Positions 16,580-24,780 of a DNA stretch of 25,613 nucleotides are shown here, piece after piece. A program made the position numbers and the translations under genes. The notes under the pieces are model-generated. The model ran no database searches. It saw only the letters and a program-made list of their open reading frames with translations, and was not told where the DNA came from. The DNA is from a virus (taxonomy: Duplodnaviria; Caudoviricetes). Location: IMG/VR virus record IMGVR_UViG_3300044626_000486, positions 1 through 25,613 of that record; one strand, 5' to 3'. The stretch's first letter is position 1. The number at the start of each line of letters is the position of its first letter.

Positions 16580-18043
16580 GTCCAAGAACTGAGGCCAGAT
16601 GTTTTCGACCGAAGTGACCTGACGATTAAATAAAGGCGTATACTTTGGCTTGACCCTTTTGGTCCTCACATCCTTGCGACTCAATCTTCCCTTGATCGCA
16701 TACACCGCTGGCTTAATGCCCTTTTGCTGAGCAGTGATTGCATTGACGATAGCACAGGAGTGCGTGCCCTTGAACCCGTACTCTCGTCGTACAGTCATCG
16801 CCATTTGAAACCTAGCCGCCCTTGCCCAGTCAACGATGTACCTGCTTTGATTGCCACACTTAACACCTTTGTAGAGCATGAATCGATGAGGCTCAGTGTA
16901 GCAGAGACCTTCACGCTTCATACGCGAGAAGCACTCCACAACCCTTGCTGACTTGATTTTGCTTTCTAGTTCCGCAAACATTGTAACCAGACTTAGGTAC
17001 CAGTCTGAGTCAGTGCTGTCGGTAGAGATGTTCTCTTCTATCAGCCTTAGCGTTAAACCCTTCTTCCTCAACATAGCCACTGTATTGGCCATGTCCTTGA
17101 GCGAACGAAAGATACGGTCTCCACGGTAAACAACTAAACAATCTCCTGGCTTTGCTTCCTTCAAGAATCTACTGCCACCTGGGCGCTGATCGAAGGGAAC
17201 CTTAAACGCAGACACCGCCTCGTCAGCCACAACCCCCATGCACTCGCTCTCAGAGTACTTGGCTAACTCCTCCTCAACTCTCATCCGTTGATTGGCTAAA
17301 CCCAAGCCACTCTCTAGCTGACCATCTGATGAAACGCGAATGTAACCCCAAACACGCTTGAGCGATTGAACCTGCTTCTTTGGCTTTGCGTATGGAGATA
17401 GTATCTTGCTTGGCAGATCACCCTCCCTGATCTTAGACACCTCCTCCATCCTAATAGACTTGGGTGTGCTACGTGCCGACTTGATGCCCTTACCTGCCTT
17501 TAGTCGCTTAATCGCCGCAGCTTCCCTCACTCGGAAGCCAAGCATGCGCGAGAAGTGCTCTGCAAGCACAGCCAGTAGGGCCGCCTTCAATTGTCCACTA
17601 GGACTACTCAAATCAATGTCGTCGTTGATAAAGTGAACAAGAATGCCTTTGCGACGAAACAGATCGATCGTAGTACCAAAGTCACCTACGTTGCGGAACA
17701 TTCTGTCCACCGACCAAACGAGAACATGATCTCCTGGCCGTAAGCTCTCAAGCAACTTGGAGCCAGCGGGGCGCTTACTTAGATGATTCTTATCATAAGC
17801 ACTTACTCCCGCGTCAATAAAAAAGCCAGGAGGTGCGGATTCTGGATACCTATCGGTTGACCAAGGTACACCTGCGAGCTTAGAATGTTTATACTGTACA
17901 CATCTATCTGCCTGTGTTTCTGGGCTCAGAGATGTTCGTACACTCCCAGACTCAGAGATTCGGCAATACGCAACAACGCAAGGAGGTCGTTCTGTGAAGA
18001 AAGTAGATCCTGTCGCAGATTTTTTAGCAGGTCGTGAAGCCAA
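16367..18043 (-). CDS. Serine recombinase with two tandem catalytic (resolvase) domains
   Basis: Domain 1: AYCRIS(S30), FIDAGVSA, RPAG, DRMFR. Domain 2: GYIRVS(S238), ADEAVSA, RPGG, DRIFR. GAGGGG SD before the TTG start. Confidence 0.9.
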   Translation of the reverse strand: MASRPAKKSATGSTFFTERPPCVVAYCRISESGSVRTSLSPETQADRCVQYKHSKLAGVPWSTDRYPESAPPGFFIDAGVSAYDKNHLSKRPAGSKLLESLRPGDHVLVWSVDRMFRNVGDFGTTIDLFRRKGILVHFINDDIDLSSPSGQLKAALLAVLAEHFSRMLGFRVREAAAIKRLKAGKGIKSARSTPKSIRMEEVSKIREGDLPSKILSPYAKPKKQVQSLKRVWGYIRVSSDGQLESGLGLANQRMRVEEELAKYSESECMGVVADEAVSAFKVPFDQRPGGSRFLKEAKPGDCLVVYRGDRIFRSLKDMANTVAMLRKKGLTLRLIEENISTDSTDSDWYLSLVTMFAELESKIKSARVVECFSRMKREGLCYTEPHRFMLYKGVKCGNQSRYIVDWARAARFQMAMTVRREYGFKGTHSCAIVNAITAQQKGIKPAVYAIKGRLSRKDVRTKRVKPKYTPLFNRQVTSVENIWPQFLDSIGAVGAKRLNKIARDQLATNISQLSLAFLKRSGVPMDRLTRYFVVCGVDARVPLDSMPSDNLLATAQDL

Positions 18044-18779
18044 GAGATTAACCCCTCTGGAAGAAAGCCAATACTACGAACAAGCAAAGAGCGGCGATAA
18101 AAAAGCAATCGAAATACTGTTGTGCTCTCAGGCACACTGGATCTGGACCCTCTGCCATAATCACCCCAAGCCTCCTCAAGTCAACACGGACGAACTATTC
18201 AACGAAGCAATGTGCCAAGCCTATTTAGCAATAAAGAATTTTGATCCTGCCAAGGGAAGACTTTCATCGTTCTTCTCTCGCGTCATCCCAAGGAAGTGTT
18301 CTGACTACGTGGTGAAGACAAGTAGCACCTTCGGCAAACGAATACCAATGGCCTACTCTTCGGAAACAAATTCTTTTCTCATTGACGAAGACAATGTAAA
18401 AGCAGTGTTAGCCGAAAACAAAGAAAGCAACATCTACGAGGACGAGTACCACAGCGAAGTAGACGAACTTGCTGGAGTAGTGACTTCAATACTAGCGGAG
18501 ATGGAGCCAAGGTCAAGGTGGATTGTTGCAAAAAGACAAGAAGGCAAGACAGCGGAGGAAATTGCAGCCGAGGAGACACTGAACAACCTGCGATCTGGAA
18601 GGATGGGCCGAGTGGTAGAAGCCAGCAGTGTCATGCTGGCCCTACACGCTATTAAACGCGAAGTCTTTCGTGAACTGTCTCGACGCGACATACCTATCGA
18701 TTGCTGCGTCTCTGGCTCCCGAATCGGCAAGCTATTCGACGACCTCAATACCGACGCCCAAAATCGCCTTTTCGACTAA
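17994..18779 (+). CDS. Sigma-70-family RNA polymerase sigma factor
   Basis: LTPLEE...AKSGDKKAIEILL (region 1.2/2.1), DELFNEA...AIKNFDPAKGRLSSF (2.2-2.4), MEPRSRWIV...GKTAEEIA (region 4). Perfect AAGGAGGT SD. Confidence 0.88.
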   Translation: MKKVDPVADFLAGREAKRLTPLEESQYYEQAKSGDKKAIEILLCSQAHWIWTLCHNHPKPPQVNTDELFNEAMCQAYLAIKNFDPAKGRLSSFFSRVIPRKCSDYVVKTSSTFGKRIPMAYSSETNSFLIDEDNVKAVLAENKESNIYEDEYHSEVDELAGVVTSILAEMEPRSRWIVAKRQEGKTAEEIAAEETLNNLRSGRMGRVVEASSVMLALHAIKREVFRELSRRDIPIDCCVSGSRIGKLFDDLNTDAQNRLFD

Positions 18780-19233
18780 GACGCTTAGAAAAGTACTGCT
18801 CAATCCTGTTCCTAGAGCTAGCGTTTGCACGCGAACTTAATCGCCAAACTTGGAATCCTTCGTTGTCGGCGTCTATCCCGAACACATGGAATCCACAGCG
18901 ATGAGCAAACGCAACAGACGCTGGCTCCCAGCCAGGAACAGAGAGGGTAAGCAGCTTGACATGATCTTGCCTCAGCAAACTATTAATCATGCCACGAGCG
19001 TAGCCCTTAAGCCTGTACTCATCCAGAACTGCAAGGCGACGAATGTAGATTTCGTGCATGTCGCGTTCAGCGATCATGACACCTACGATCCTCTTTCCGT
19101 TCTTGATCACCTGGACGATGCTGCTGCCGTCGACCGCTTCTTGCACCTCATGTGCGACGATGATCTTTGGGTAGCAAAGCTGAAGCACCCTTGTGGCCTG
19201 CTTGATGTCATCGGTTCCGTCGATCGCTCCCAT
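18745..19233 (-). CDS. GNAT acetyltransferase (RimI-like)
   Basis: IYIRRLAVLDEYRLKGYARGMI (motif A) and AFAHRCGF. Start reassigned to ATG 19233 (GGAGG). Confidence 0.85.
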   Translation of the reverse strand: MGAIDGTDDIKQATRVLQLCYPKIIVAHEVQEAVDGSSIVQVIKNGKRIVGVMIAERDMHEIYIRRLAVLDEYRLKGYARGMINSLLRQDHVKLLTLSVPGWEPASVAFAHRCGFHVFGIDADNEGFQVWRLSSRANASSRNRIEQYFSKRLSRKGDFGRRY

Positions 19234-19513
19234 TTCTTTTGCCCTCCATAACAGTAATGACCAGCCAGCAATTCTCCTGGGGAGCAACAACTGCGATCAA
19301 TCCGCTGCAACGGCAATGAAGCACTGGCACACCATCCTGCATGCGCCAGCGCCTCAGCCAGAAGCCGCGTTGCATCTCACTACGTATTCTCTCTTGAACT
19401 CCATGCCTGTCCGGTATCGGATCAATCCTGAGCCAATACCGACGCAGTGCATGGTCTGTCACCTCTACCCGATCTGTAGTCTCAATCTTAAAACGGAATG
19501 TCGCCAAATCCAT
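19208..19513 (-). CDS. Small protein with a DUF4258/RelE-like signature
   Basis: VTDHALRRY..RI at the N-terminus and LVITV at the C-terminus. Start uncertain. Confidence 0.55.
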   Translation of the reverse strand: MDLATFRFKIETTDRVEVTDHALRRYWLRIDPIPDRHGVQERIRSEMQRGFWLRRWRMQDGVPVLHCRCSGLIAVVAPQENCWLVITVMEGKRNGSDRRNR

Positions 19514-19928
19514 CGTCTGATGGGAAGTCGTCTTCGGATTTGACTGCGGGCTTACTTGCTGGTTTGCCTGCTGGCTTGCTGCTCGGCGTAGGTCGCTCTT
19601 GTTTTTCACCATTGCCCTTGGGCTTTCCTTCCAGCTTTAGCTGGCTTGCGTGAAGCTCCAAGTTGGATCTCTTCTCTCCATCCTTCTCCCATGAGTTCGT
19701 CTCCAGTTCTCCGTTGACAGTGACAAGACTCCCCTTCTCCAAGTATTGTTCCGCTGTCTCGGCTAACTTCCCCCAGAGAACGACATTAATGTTGCTCCAC
19801 TTAGTCTCCTCTCCCATTTTCTTGCTCCAGCCCAAACGGATTCTGGCTACCTTAGTTCCGTTTTTTGTAGTATTCACACTTGGCGCATCGCTCAAATAAC
19901 CATGAACAGTCGCAAACGCACTAGCCAT
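19488..19928 (-). CDS. ssb: Single-stranded DNA-binding protein
   Basis: VVLWGKLAETAEQYLEKGSLVTVNGELETNSWEKDGEKRS plus the acidic tip GDIPF. Confidence 0.95.
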   Translation of the reverse strand: MASAFATVHGYLSDAPSVNTTKNGTKVARIRLGWSKKMGEETKWSNINVVLWGKLAETAEQYLEKGSLVTVNGELETNSWEKDGEKRSNLELHASQLKLEGKPKGNGEKQERPTPSSKPAGKPASKPAVKSEDDFPSDDGFGDIPF

Positions 19929-20142
19929 TTATCAAGCTCCACTTTCTCAAAGCATCAGAAACACTAATAAACACCACACATTTTTTGCGTAGTAAACGTA
20001 AAACTCTTTCCACATCTTTCTGAGGTAAATCTAAACCTCTCAAATAATCAGCCACCTCCTGATAACACTCTGACAAGTCCGACTTCGTAGGAAACTCCTC
20101 CGCTAGCTTCTCCAGAATGTACGACACGCCATCCTTGTTCAT
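19921..20142 (-). CDS. Hypothetical protein
   Basis: 73 aa; overlaps both neighbours in operon fashion. Confidence 0.6.
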   Translation of the reverse strand: MNKDGVSYILEKLAEEFPTKSDLSECYQEVADYLRGLDLPQKDVERVLRLLRKKCVVFISVSDALRKWSLING

Positions 20143-20570
20143 AATGACAATCCTGTATTCTCGAATAACATATTCATCCAGTACGCTGGTGGTCGCTTCG
20201 GATCAGGAGGTGAGCCCGTCCAAATACGACTATAGAACTCCGGATCGTAGAAGCCAGGATCCATGATCTGTTTGATCCACAGCAGGTGGGAGGCATCAAT
20301 CGTAGGATACGATCTGCCGCCAATCTTCTTCTCTGCGATCCTCTCTGAATCGTTCACATGGCACTCGTGCACTAGCGGACACAGCAGCACCACAGCCCGA
20401 CGATCATTGACGCGATGCATCGCACCTGAACCGCTACTCAAGTGAGCCACTTGCAGCCACCAATCGCCATACCAGTTGGCTGGACGAGTACCCTTGGTCA
20501 ATCCTGAGATCCAGCAGAATCTTCTTCCTGAGATGTCGCGTATTGCTCCAGCATCTCCTTTTTCGCCCAT
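20139..20570 (-). CDS. HNH-like (DUF968/Ref-type) nuclease-fold protein
   Basis: CWISG...QVAHL...D...VLLCPLVHECH. Start uncertain (20570 or 20609). Confidence 0.55.
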   Translation of the reverse strand: MGEKGDAGAIRDISGRRFCWISGLTKGTRPANWYGDWWLQVAHLSSGSGAMHRVNDRRAVVLLCPLVHECHVNDSERIAEKKIGGRSYPTIDASHLLWIKQIMDPGFYDPEFYSRIWTGSPPDPKRPPAYWMNMLFENTGLSL

Positions 20571-20971
20571 ACGTTTTTCAGGTAGCCCTGAAAGTCCTGA
20601 CTGTTCCATCCTTCAGCCTCCGCTTTTCTTAGTGCCACAACCCGCAACCTCGGACTCAATTTCGCAGCAGCTAGGTGGTGAGACCACGATAGGCTGGCAT
20701 TGCGATGCTCTGGTGGATACTTAGCAGCCATCGCTACACACCGATGAAGCAAATCAGGACTAAAGCTTGGATCTACTGCCTGATATGCATCATCACCAAA
20801 CAGTTTTTCTCCTTGTAGGATCGCATCACCAATCCACCAGTAAATGTGTCTTTGCATCCAAGCCAGTCTGCTTAGTGTTTCTTCAAGCTGATCTAGGCTA
20901 GGCGGAGCCGAGCAGTACATCCTGCTATCAGTAAAAATGAAAGGACCATCCCTAAATGAGAAATCGTTCAT
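20498..20971 (-). CDS. LmbU-like DNA-binding regulator
   Basis: WWIGD...GE..FG..Y, RNASLSWSHH and KAEAEGWNSQDF resemble LmbU-family motifs. Confidence 0.7.
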   Translation of the reverse strand: MNDFSFRDGPFIFTDSRMYCSAPPSLDQLEETLSRLAWMQRHIYWWIGDAILQGEKLFGDDAYQAVDPSFSPDLLHRCVAMAAKYPPEHRNASLSWSHHLAAAKLSPRLRVVALRKAEAEGWNSQDFQGYLKNVWAKKEMLEQYATSQEEDSAGSQD

Positions 20972-21894
20972 ACCAGCACCTCAACATCTAAGGTTTGATT
21001 CAATCTATGAAGGCGATGTGTGTCGAAGTATGCTTTCTCAAACTCCATCAGTCCCGCAGCCACCTTCTCGGAAAACTGATTCTTTACTTGATCGATGGCA
21101 TTGAGGCAGTTGATATAGCTTCCGAAAGTAATCAGTAACTTACTGGCTGTCTTCTCTCCAACACCTGACGCACCAGGGATGTCATTGCGACCAACCATAG
21201 CCAGCCAATCCACCCACTGCTTAGGTTCGCAGGCGTAATTCTTAAACAACGACTCGCGATTGAAGAACTGTCCCTTCCAGTACATGTTCACTTTGGGTCC
21301 GAGACACTGATACAAATCCTTGTCTTGGCAAACCATTACACACTTATCGCCAGCAAGTGCATACGAGGTGGATAGTGAGGCCAATACGTCGTCTGCGTCA
21401 TACGTTGGAAACATATATCGTTTCACGCCACGCTTATCAAGTGCCTCCCTAGCACTAGCAACAAAAGACAAAAAGCCGCTAGTGATGTCGAGCCGACTGC
21501 TTTTCCAACGTGAGTCTTTAGCATACCTCCAGCTTTCTTCCTCCATCTCATCAGCAAACAGGAAGAGCGAACTCATTGAGAAAGCCATCTTAATTCTTGA
21601 AATGATGTCAGCGAACTCAGATGCTGGACTGGTATCCTTGGCGCGATGATACGCTAAATGGCAGATAGCCTTGAAGTCAATCACCACCACGATCCTCTCC
21701 TTTCGGCCCTCAAGGAAGTCAGCCAATCGTTTGTTATACGCTGGCAAGCAACCTCTCAAATACCAAGCTTGACTAACAAAGTGCACAAGGTTTCTTGCCA
21801 CTGACACAAGCTGCGGGATGTTCTCACACTCTAAAAGCATCTGCCGAAAATCTTTGATCTGTTCGGCCTGCCACTCCGTTATACTACTAGCCAT
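20968..21894 (-). CDS. 5'-3' exonuclease/flap endonuclease (PolI N-terminal type)
   Basis: VIDF, DADDVLAS, QDKDLYQ and the helix-3-turn-helix NDIPGASGVGEKTASKLL. Confidence 0.9.
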   Translation of the reverse strand: MASSITEWQAEQIKDFRQMLLECENIPQLVSVARNLVHFVSQAWYLRGCLPAYNKRLADFLEGRKERIVVVIDFKAICHLAYHRAKDTSPASEFADIISRIKMAFSMSSLFLFADEMEEESWRYAKDSRWKSSRLDITSGFLSFVASAREALDKRGVKRYMFPTYDADDVLASLSTSYALAGDKCVMVCQDKDLYQCLGPKVNMYWKGQFFNRESLFKNYACEPKQWVDWLAMVGRNDIPGASGVGEKTASKLLITFGSYINCLNAIDQVKNQFSEKVAAGLMEFEKAYFDTHRLHRLNQTLDVEVLV

Positions 21895-23476
21895 TACCTG
21901 TACTCCTAAGTGCTGCTGCTTCCGTTTGATTTACCTTGCGACTCCAAGTTGATTCATCTCGTGGCATCCTTAGCAAATCACCTGGAGGGTAGTAGCCATA
22001 GGTGCGATAGAATAAGGCTTTGAGTTGATTAAAGTTCATGGCACGAGGACTTGTAGAGTTTCGTGTTCTGAAGTAAAGATTGTCCCACCTCTGCTGGTCA
22101 GCACTGGATCTTGGACGAGTACGAGGTGGACGAAAGTTTGGTCCCGTCACCCGACGCAGTTCACCGTTCTGCTGCACAATCATCTTGCTTCTACCGCGAG
22201 ACTCTCTACCGCATCCAACCGGAGGAGCAGGGCAAGCAGGCATATTGCCGTGACGCACAGTTCCACAGTGCGGACACACAATTGGATCTTGGTCAGGATT
22301 TTTTTCCGCTTGCTCGCGTATCTTCTTCTCAATCTGCTCCTCAGTCTGATAGTACATCTCCTCCCAGTTACGGTCCCGATTAGGCCCGCCACCGAATTTG
22401 TAATAGGAGCCAGCATGATCCGTAATTAGAACGTGGTCAGGTGTCTCTGCCGAATAGCGAATAACCCTACCCGTCGATTGCAAGTACGTCTTGATCGATC
22501 CCATGGGACAGGCAAGAACTAAGTGATACATCTGTGGCAAGTCGATGCCCTCCCTGAGGACAAAGCGATTGCATATCACCTTGATGTCACCAGCTTTCCA
22601 CGCCTCCAGTACCTCTTGTCGAATCTTGCCATCTGTGTCCGTGTACACCTGATCGTTGATCTGCACTTTATTGGCATCAATATGAGCAGCCTTTACGCCC
22701 TGCCGCATGAAGTCCAGCGTCAATCCAATCGATGACTCTACGCAGGGTGCGAACACAAGCGTTGGCCTTTTGTCTGGATTCTCGGTAAACCACTCTTCAA
22801 TCACACGACCAACAATCTGCTGACTCCACACATGTTTTCTGATGTCACCGATACTGTACTCGCCCGTCTTGACTCGCTTAACCTTCGACAAGTCAAATTC
22901 AAACGGAGCCTTAATCACAGCCCTTACGTGAGCACCAGCAGCCAAGCATTCTGAAGGTTTACCTGACACAACCAGCTTCGGGTACAAGTGACTCATACCC
23001 ACAGGAGTTGCCGACAAGCCGACGATCTTTCGATTGCGATGCAGGTAAGACCTTAAGAACTTTTCGCTCTCACCACTGGCTTGCAAGTGCCCCTCATCCA
23101 CAAACACATAGTCAGCGTCAAACGGTTCCCAGCGATTACTGTTAATGGTTCTTGAGATCTCCGTCTGAATGGAACTAATCTGTATATCCTGCGTCGAATC
23201 AAAATGCTCAGCCAGTGATGCTGCTCGCACACCAAAGCCTATACCTTTAGCTTGAGCGTTAAGCATCGTTTGATGCGTGAGCATCTTGCGGTTAGTCAGG
23301 ATCAAACACTTAGCTCCCTGGCTCTGATAATACTGAGCTAGTGCCCACATCATGTCTGACTTACCTCCACCCGTAGCACTACATAGCGTTACGGCATTCG
23401 TCGATCTCAAAGCCTCCACTACCTGCACTACACCATTGATCTGATGAAGCCAAGGAGTCCTTGAGAAGAATGGCAT
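21887..23476 (-). CDS. SF2 DExH helicase (RadD/YejH-like) with a C-terminal Zn finger
   Basis: ATGGGKS, DEGH, LSATP, LREGIDLP, QSTGRVIR and CPHC...CPAPPVGC. Start reassigned to ATG 23476 (TAATG overlap). Confidence 0.9.
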   Translation of the reverse strand: MPFFSRTPWLHQINGVVQVVEALRSTNAVTLCSATGGGKSDMMWALAQYYQSQGAKCLILTNRKMLTHQTMLNAQAKGIGFGVRAASLAEHFDSTQDIQISSIQTEISRTINSNRWEPFDADYVFVDEGHLQASGESEKFLRSYLHRNRKIVGLSATPVGMSHLYPKLVVSGKPSECLAAGAHVRAVIKAPFEFDLSKVKRVKTGEYSIGDIRKHVWSQQIVGRVIEEWFTENPDKRPTLVFAPCVESSIGLTLDFMRQGVKAAHIDANKVQINDQVYTDTDGKIRQEVLEAWKAGDIKVICNRFVLREGIDLPQMYHLVLACPMGSIKTYLQSTGRVIRYSAETPDHVLITDHAGSYYKFGGGPNRDRNWEEMYYQTEEQIEKKIREQAEKNPDQDPIVCPHCGTVRHGNMPACPAPPVGCGRESRGRSKMIVQQNGELRRVTGPNFRPPRTRPRSSADQQRWDNLYFRTRNSTSPRAMNFNQLKALFYRTYGYYPPGDLLRMPRDESTWSRKVNQTEAAALRSTGNG

Positions 23477-24330
23477 TAAGGCTTCTTGCATTGTTCTCTC
23501 CATATCGTGACGAACGAAGCAAAGGCCACCTGCACTCTCTCTTTCCATGGAGATCGCTTTAGCTTTTTACCTTCGGCAACCGAGTCGATGCGAGCAGGAA
23601 GCTCAGCAATAAACCTCTCAATCTTGGCTATCTCTTGCTCAAGACGTTTGTTTTTCTGCTCAGGCTTTTCCGGTTGGCCCGACTGGTGCTCAGCAACTGC
23701 CTGAACAACTTCCTCCACAGAACGGAATACTAGATCCTCGCCTACGTTCGTTGGCAAATTCTCTAGCACATCACACACCTGAGATTTCTGCGACTCAGGC
23801 AAGTCCTTGATCGACAGAATAGATTCTGGGGTAGCTGCAATGTGACCATGAACAATGTTCCGCTTAGCCTGCGGAGTTAAGGAATCAAGCACTTCCGTCA
23901 CTGCTAAATCCGACCAGATCTGGCGAGCCGAAACACCCGTTGCTTTAGCGACTGAATCTACAATTGCAGTCTTTAACCCACGAACATTACTAATCTTGCT
24001 CGCCTTGGCTTCGACAAGCATAGCCCTCCACCGAGCCCGACTAATACCATCTCCATTACGCCGACCGAACTGATGAGCGAAGATCCAATCCTTAACCTGC
24101 TGACGATTCTCAAAAGGAATGTCGATCGTAGTAAAAGGTACGTTCTCGGCTAACGCAATCTCGTAGCGAGTCATACCGTCCACGACTATATCCTCACCCT
24201 CCCATACAACAATCGGATCGATCACTCGGCCATCGCGAACAATGTTCTTGCGTAACTGATCTAGCTCTTCAGCACTATGAGCCTCTAGTAAATTCCTGAA
24301 CTCATCATCAACGACCAATAGCCTGTTCAT
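23476..24330 (-). CDS. ParB/Srx N-terminal domain protein with an HTH
   Basis: EELDQLRKNIVRDG..DPIVVW...VDGMTRYEIA, QFGRRN and VAKATGVSARQI. AAGGA SD before ATG 24330. Confidence 0.85.
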   Translation of the reverse strand: MNRLLVVDDEFRNLLEAHSAEELDQLRKNIVRDGRVIDPIVVWEGEDIVVDGMTRYEIALAENVPFTTIDIPFENRQQVKDWIFAHQFGRRNGDGISRARWRAMLVEAKASKISNVRGLKTAIVDSVAKATGVSARQIWSDLAVTEVLDSLTPQAKRNIVHGHIAATPESILSIKDLPESQKSQVCDVLENLPTNVGEDLVFRSVEEVVQAVAEHQSGQPEKPEQKNKRLEQEIAKIERFIAELPARIDSVAEGKKLKRSPWKERVQVAFASFVTIWREQCKKP

Positions 24331-24526
24331 CCACTTGTTCCTTCCATAGGTAGCTCTTGCCAGAACTCGTCTCCACCTCTTCTGCATATCCTCGCTCAAC
24401 AGCCTGCTTCCAAATCGTCTCGTCCTTCATGCTACAACTGTCTACCAGAGCAGCACCCAGGAACATTGAAACAGCCATACACAAGCACGTTATGCTGATA
24501 CAGTCATCTACTTCTTTCTCACGCAT
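24308..24526 (-). CDS. Small membrane-anchored hypothetical protein
   Basis: GGAGG SD, TAATG coupling at 24526, hydrophobic N-terminus and AVERGYAE. Confidence 0.6.
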   Translation of the reverse strand: MREKEVDDCISITCLCMAVSMFLGAALVDSCSMKDETIWKQAVERGYAEEVETSSGKSYLWKEQVDEQAIGR

Positions 24527-24780
24527 TACCAAGCCCCTCCGAACAGCAAGAACGCAGCCAGTGCGATAATAGGCCACACCCACCACGGAGCACCTAGAAA
24601 TATCAACAACCCTTGCATCAAGAACTTCATTGCCCAAGACGGCAGAAAACCGCTAAGCTTTTCGTAGAGATTGAAAATCGCCTGACGGATCCTCTTGAAT
24701 GGCCTGAATCTCCTGCGCTCACTACCATCCTGATTCTGCGATTGTCTGCGGCCCCAACCCCTGAATCTCTTCAGCATCAT
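24526..24780 (-). CDS. Small membrane protein with a basic N-terminus
   Basis: AAGGAG SD before ATG 24780; C-terminal hydrophobic helices. Confidence 0.65.
   Translation of the reverse strand: MMLKRFRGWGRRQSQNQDGSERRRFRPFKRIRQAIFNLYEKLSGFLPSWAMKFLMQGLLIFLGAPWWVWPIIALAAFLLFGGAW

Noticed and set aside
16367-18043. Recombinase as part of an IS607-type insertion sequence
   Set aside because: No TnpB and no N-terminal HTH, and the gene is interlocked with phage regulatory genes at both ends.
18850-19543. Plus-strand ORFs of 133 and 116 aa downstream of the sigma gene
   Set aside because: Antisense to the GNAT and DUF4258-like genes, with no motifs.
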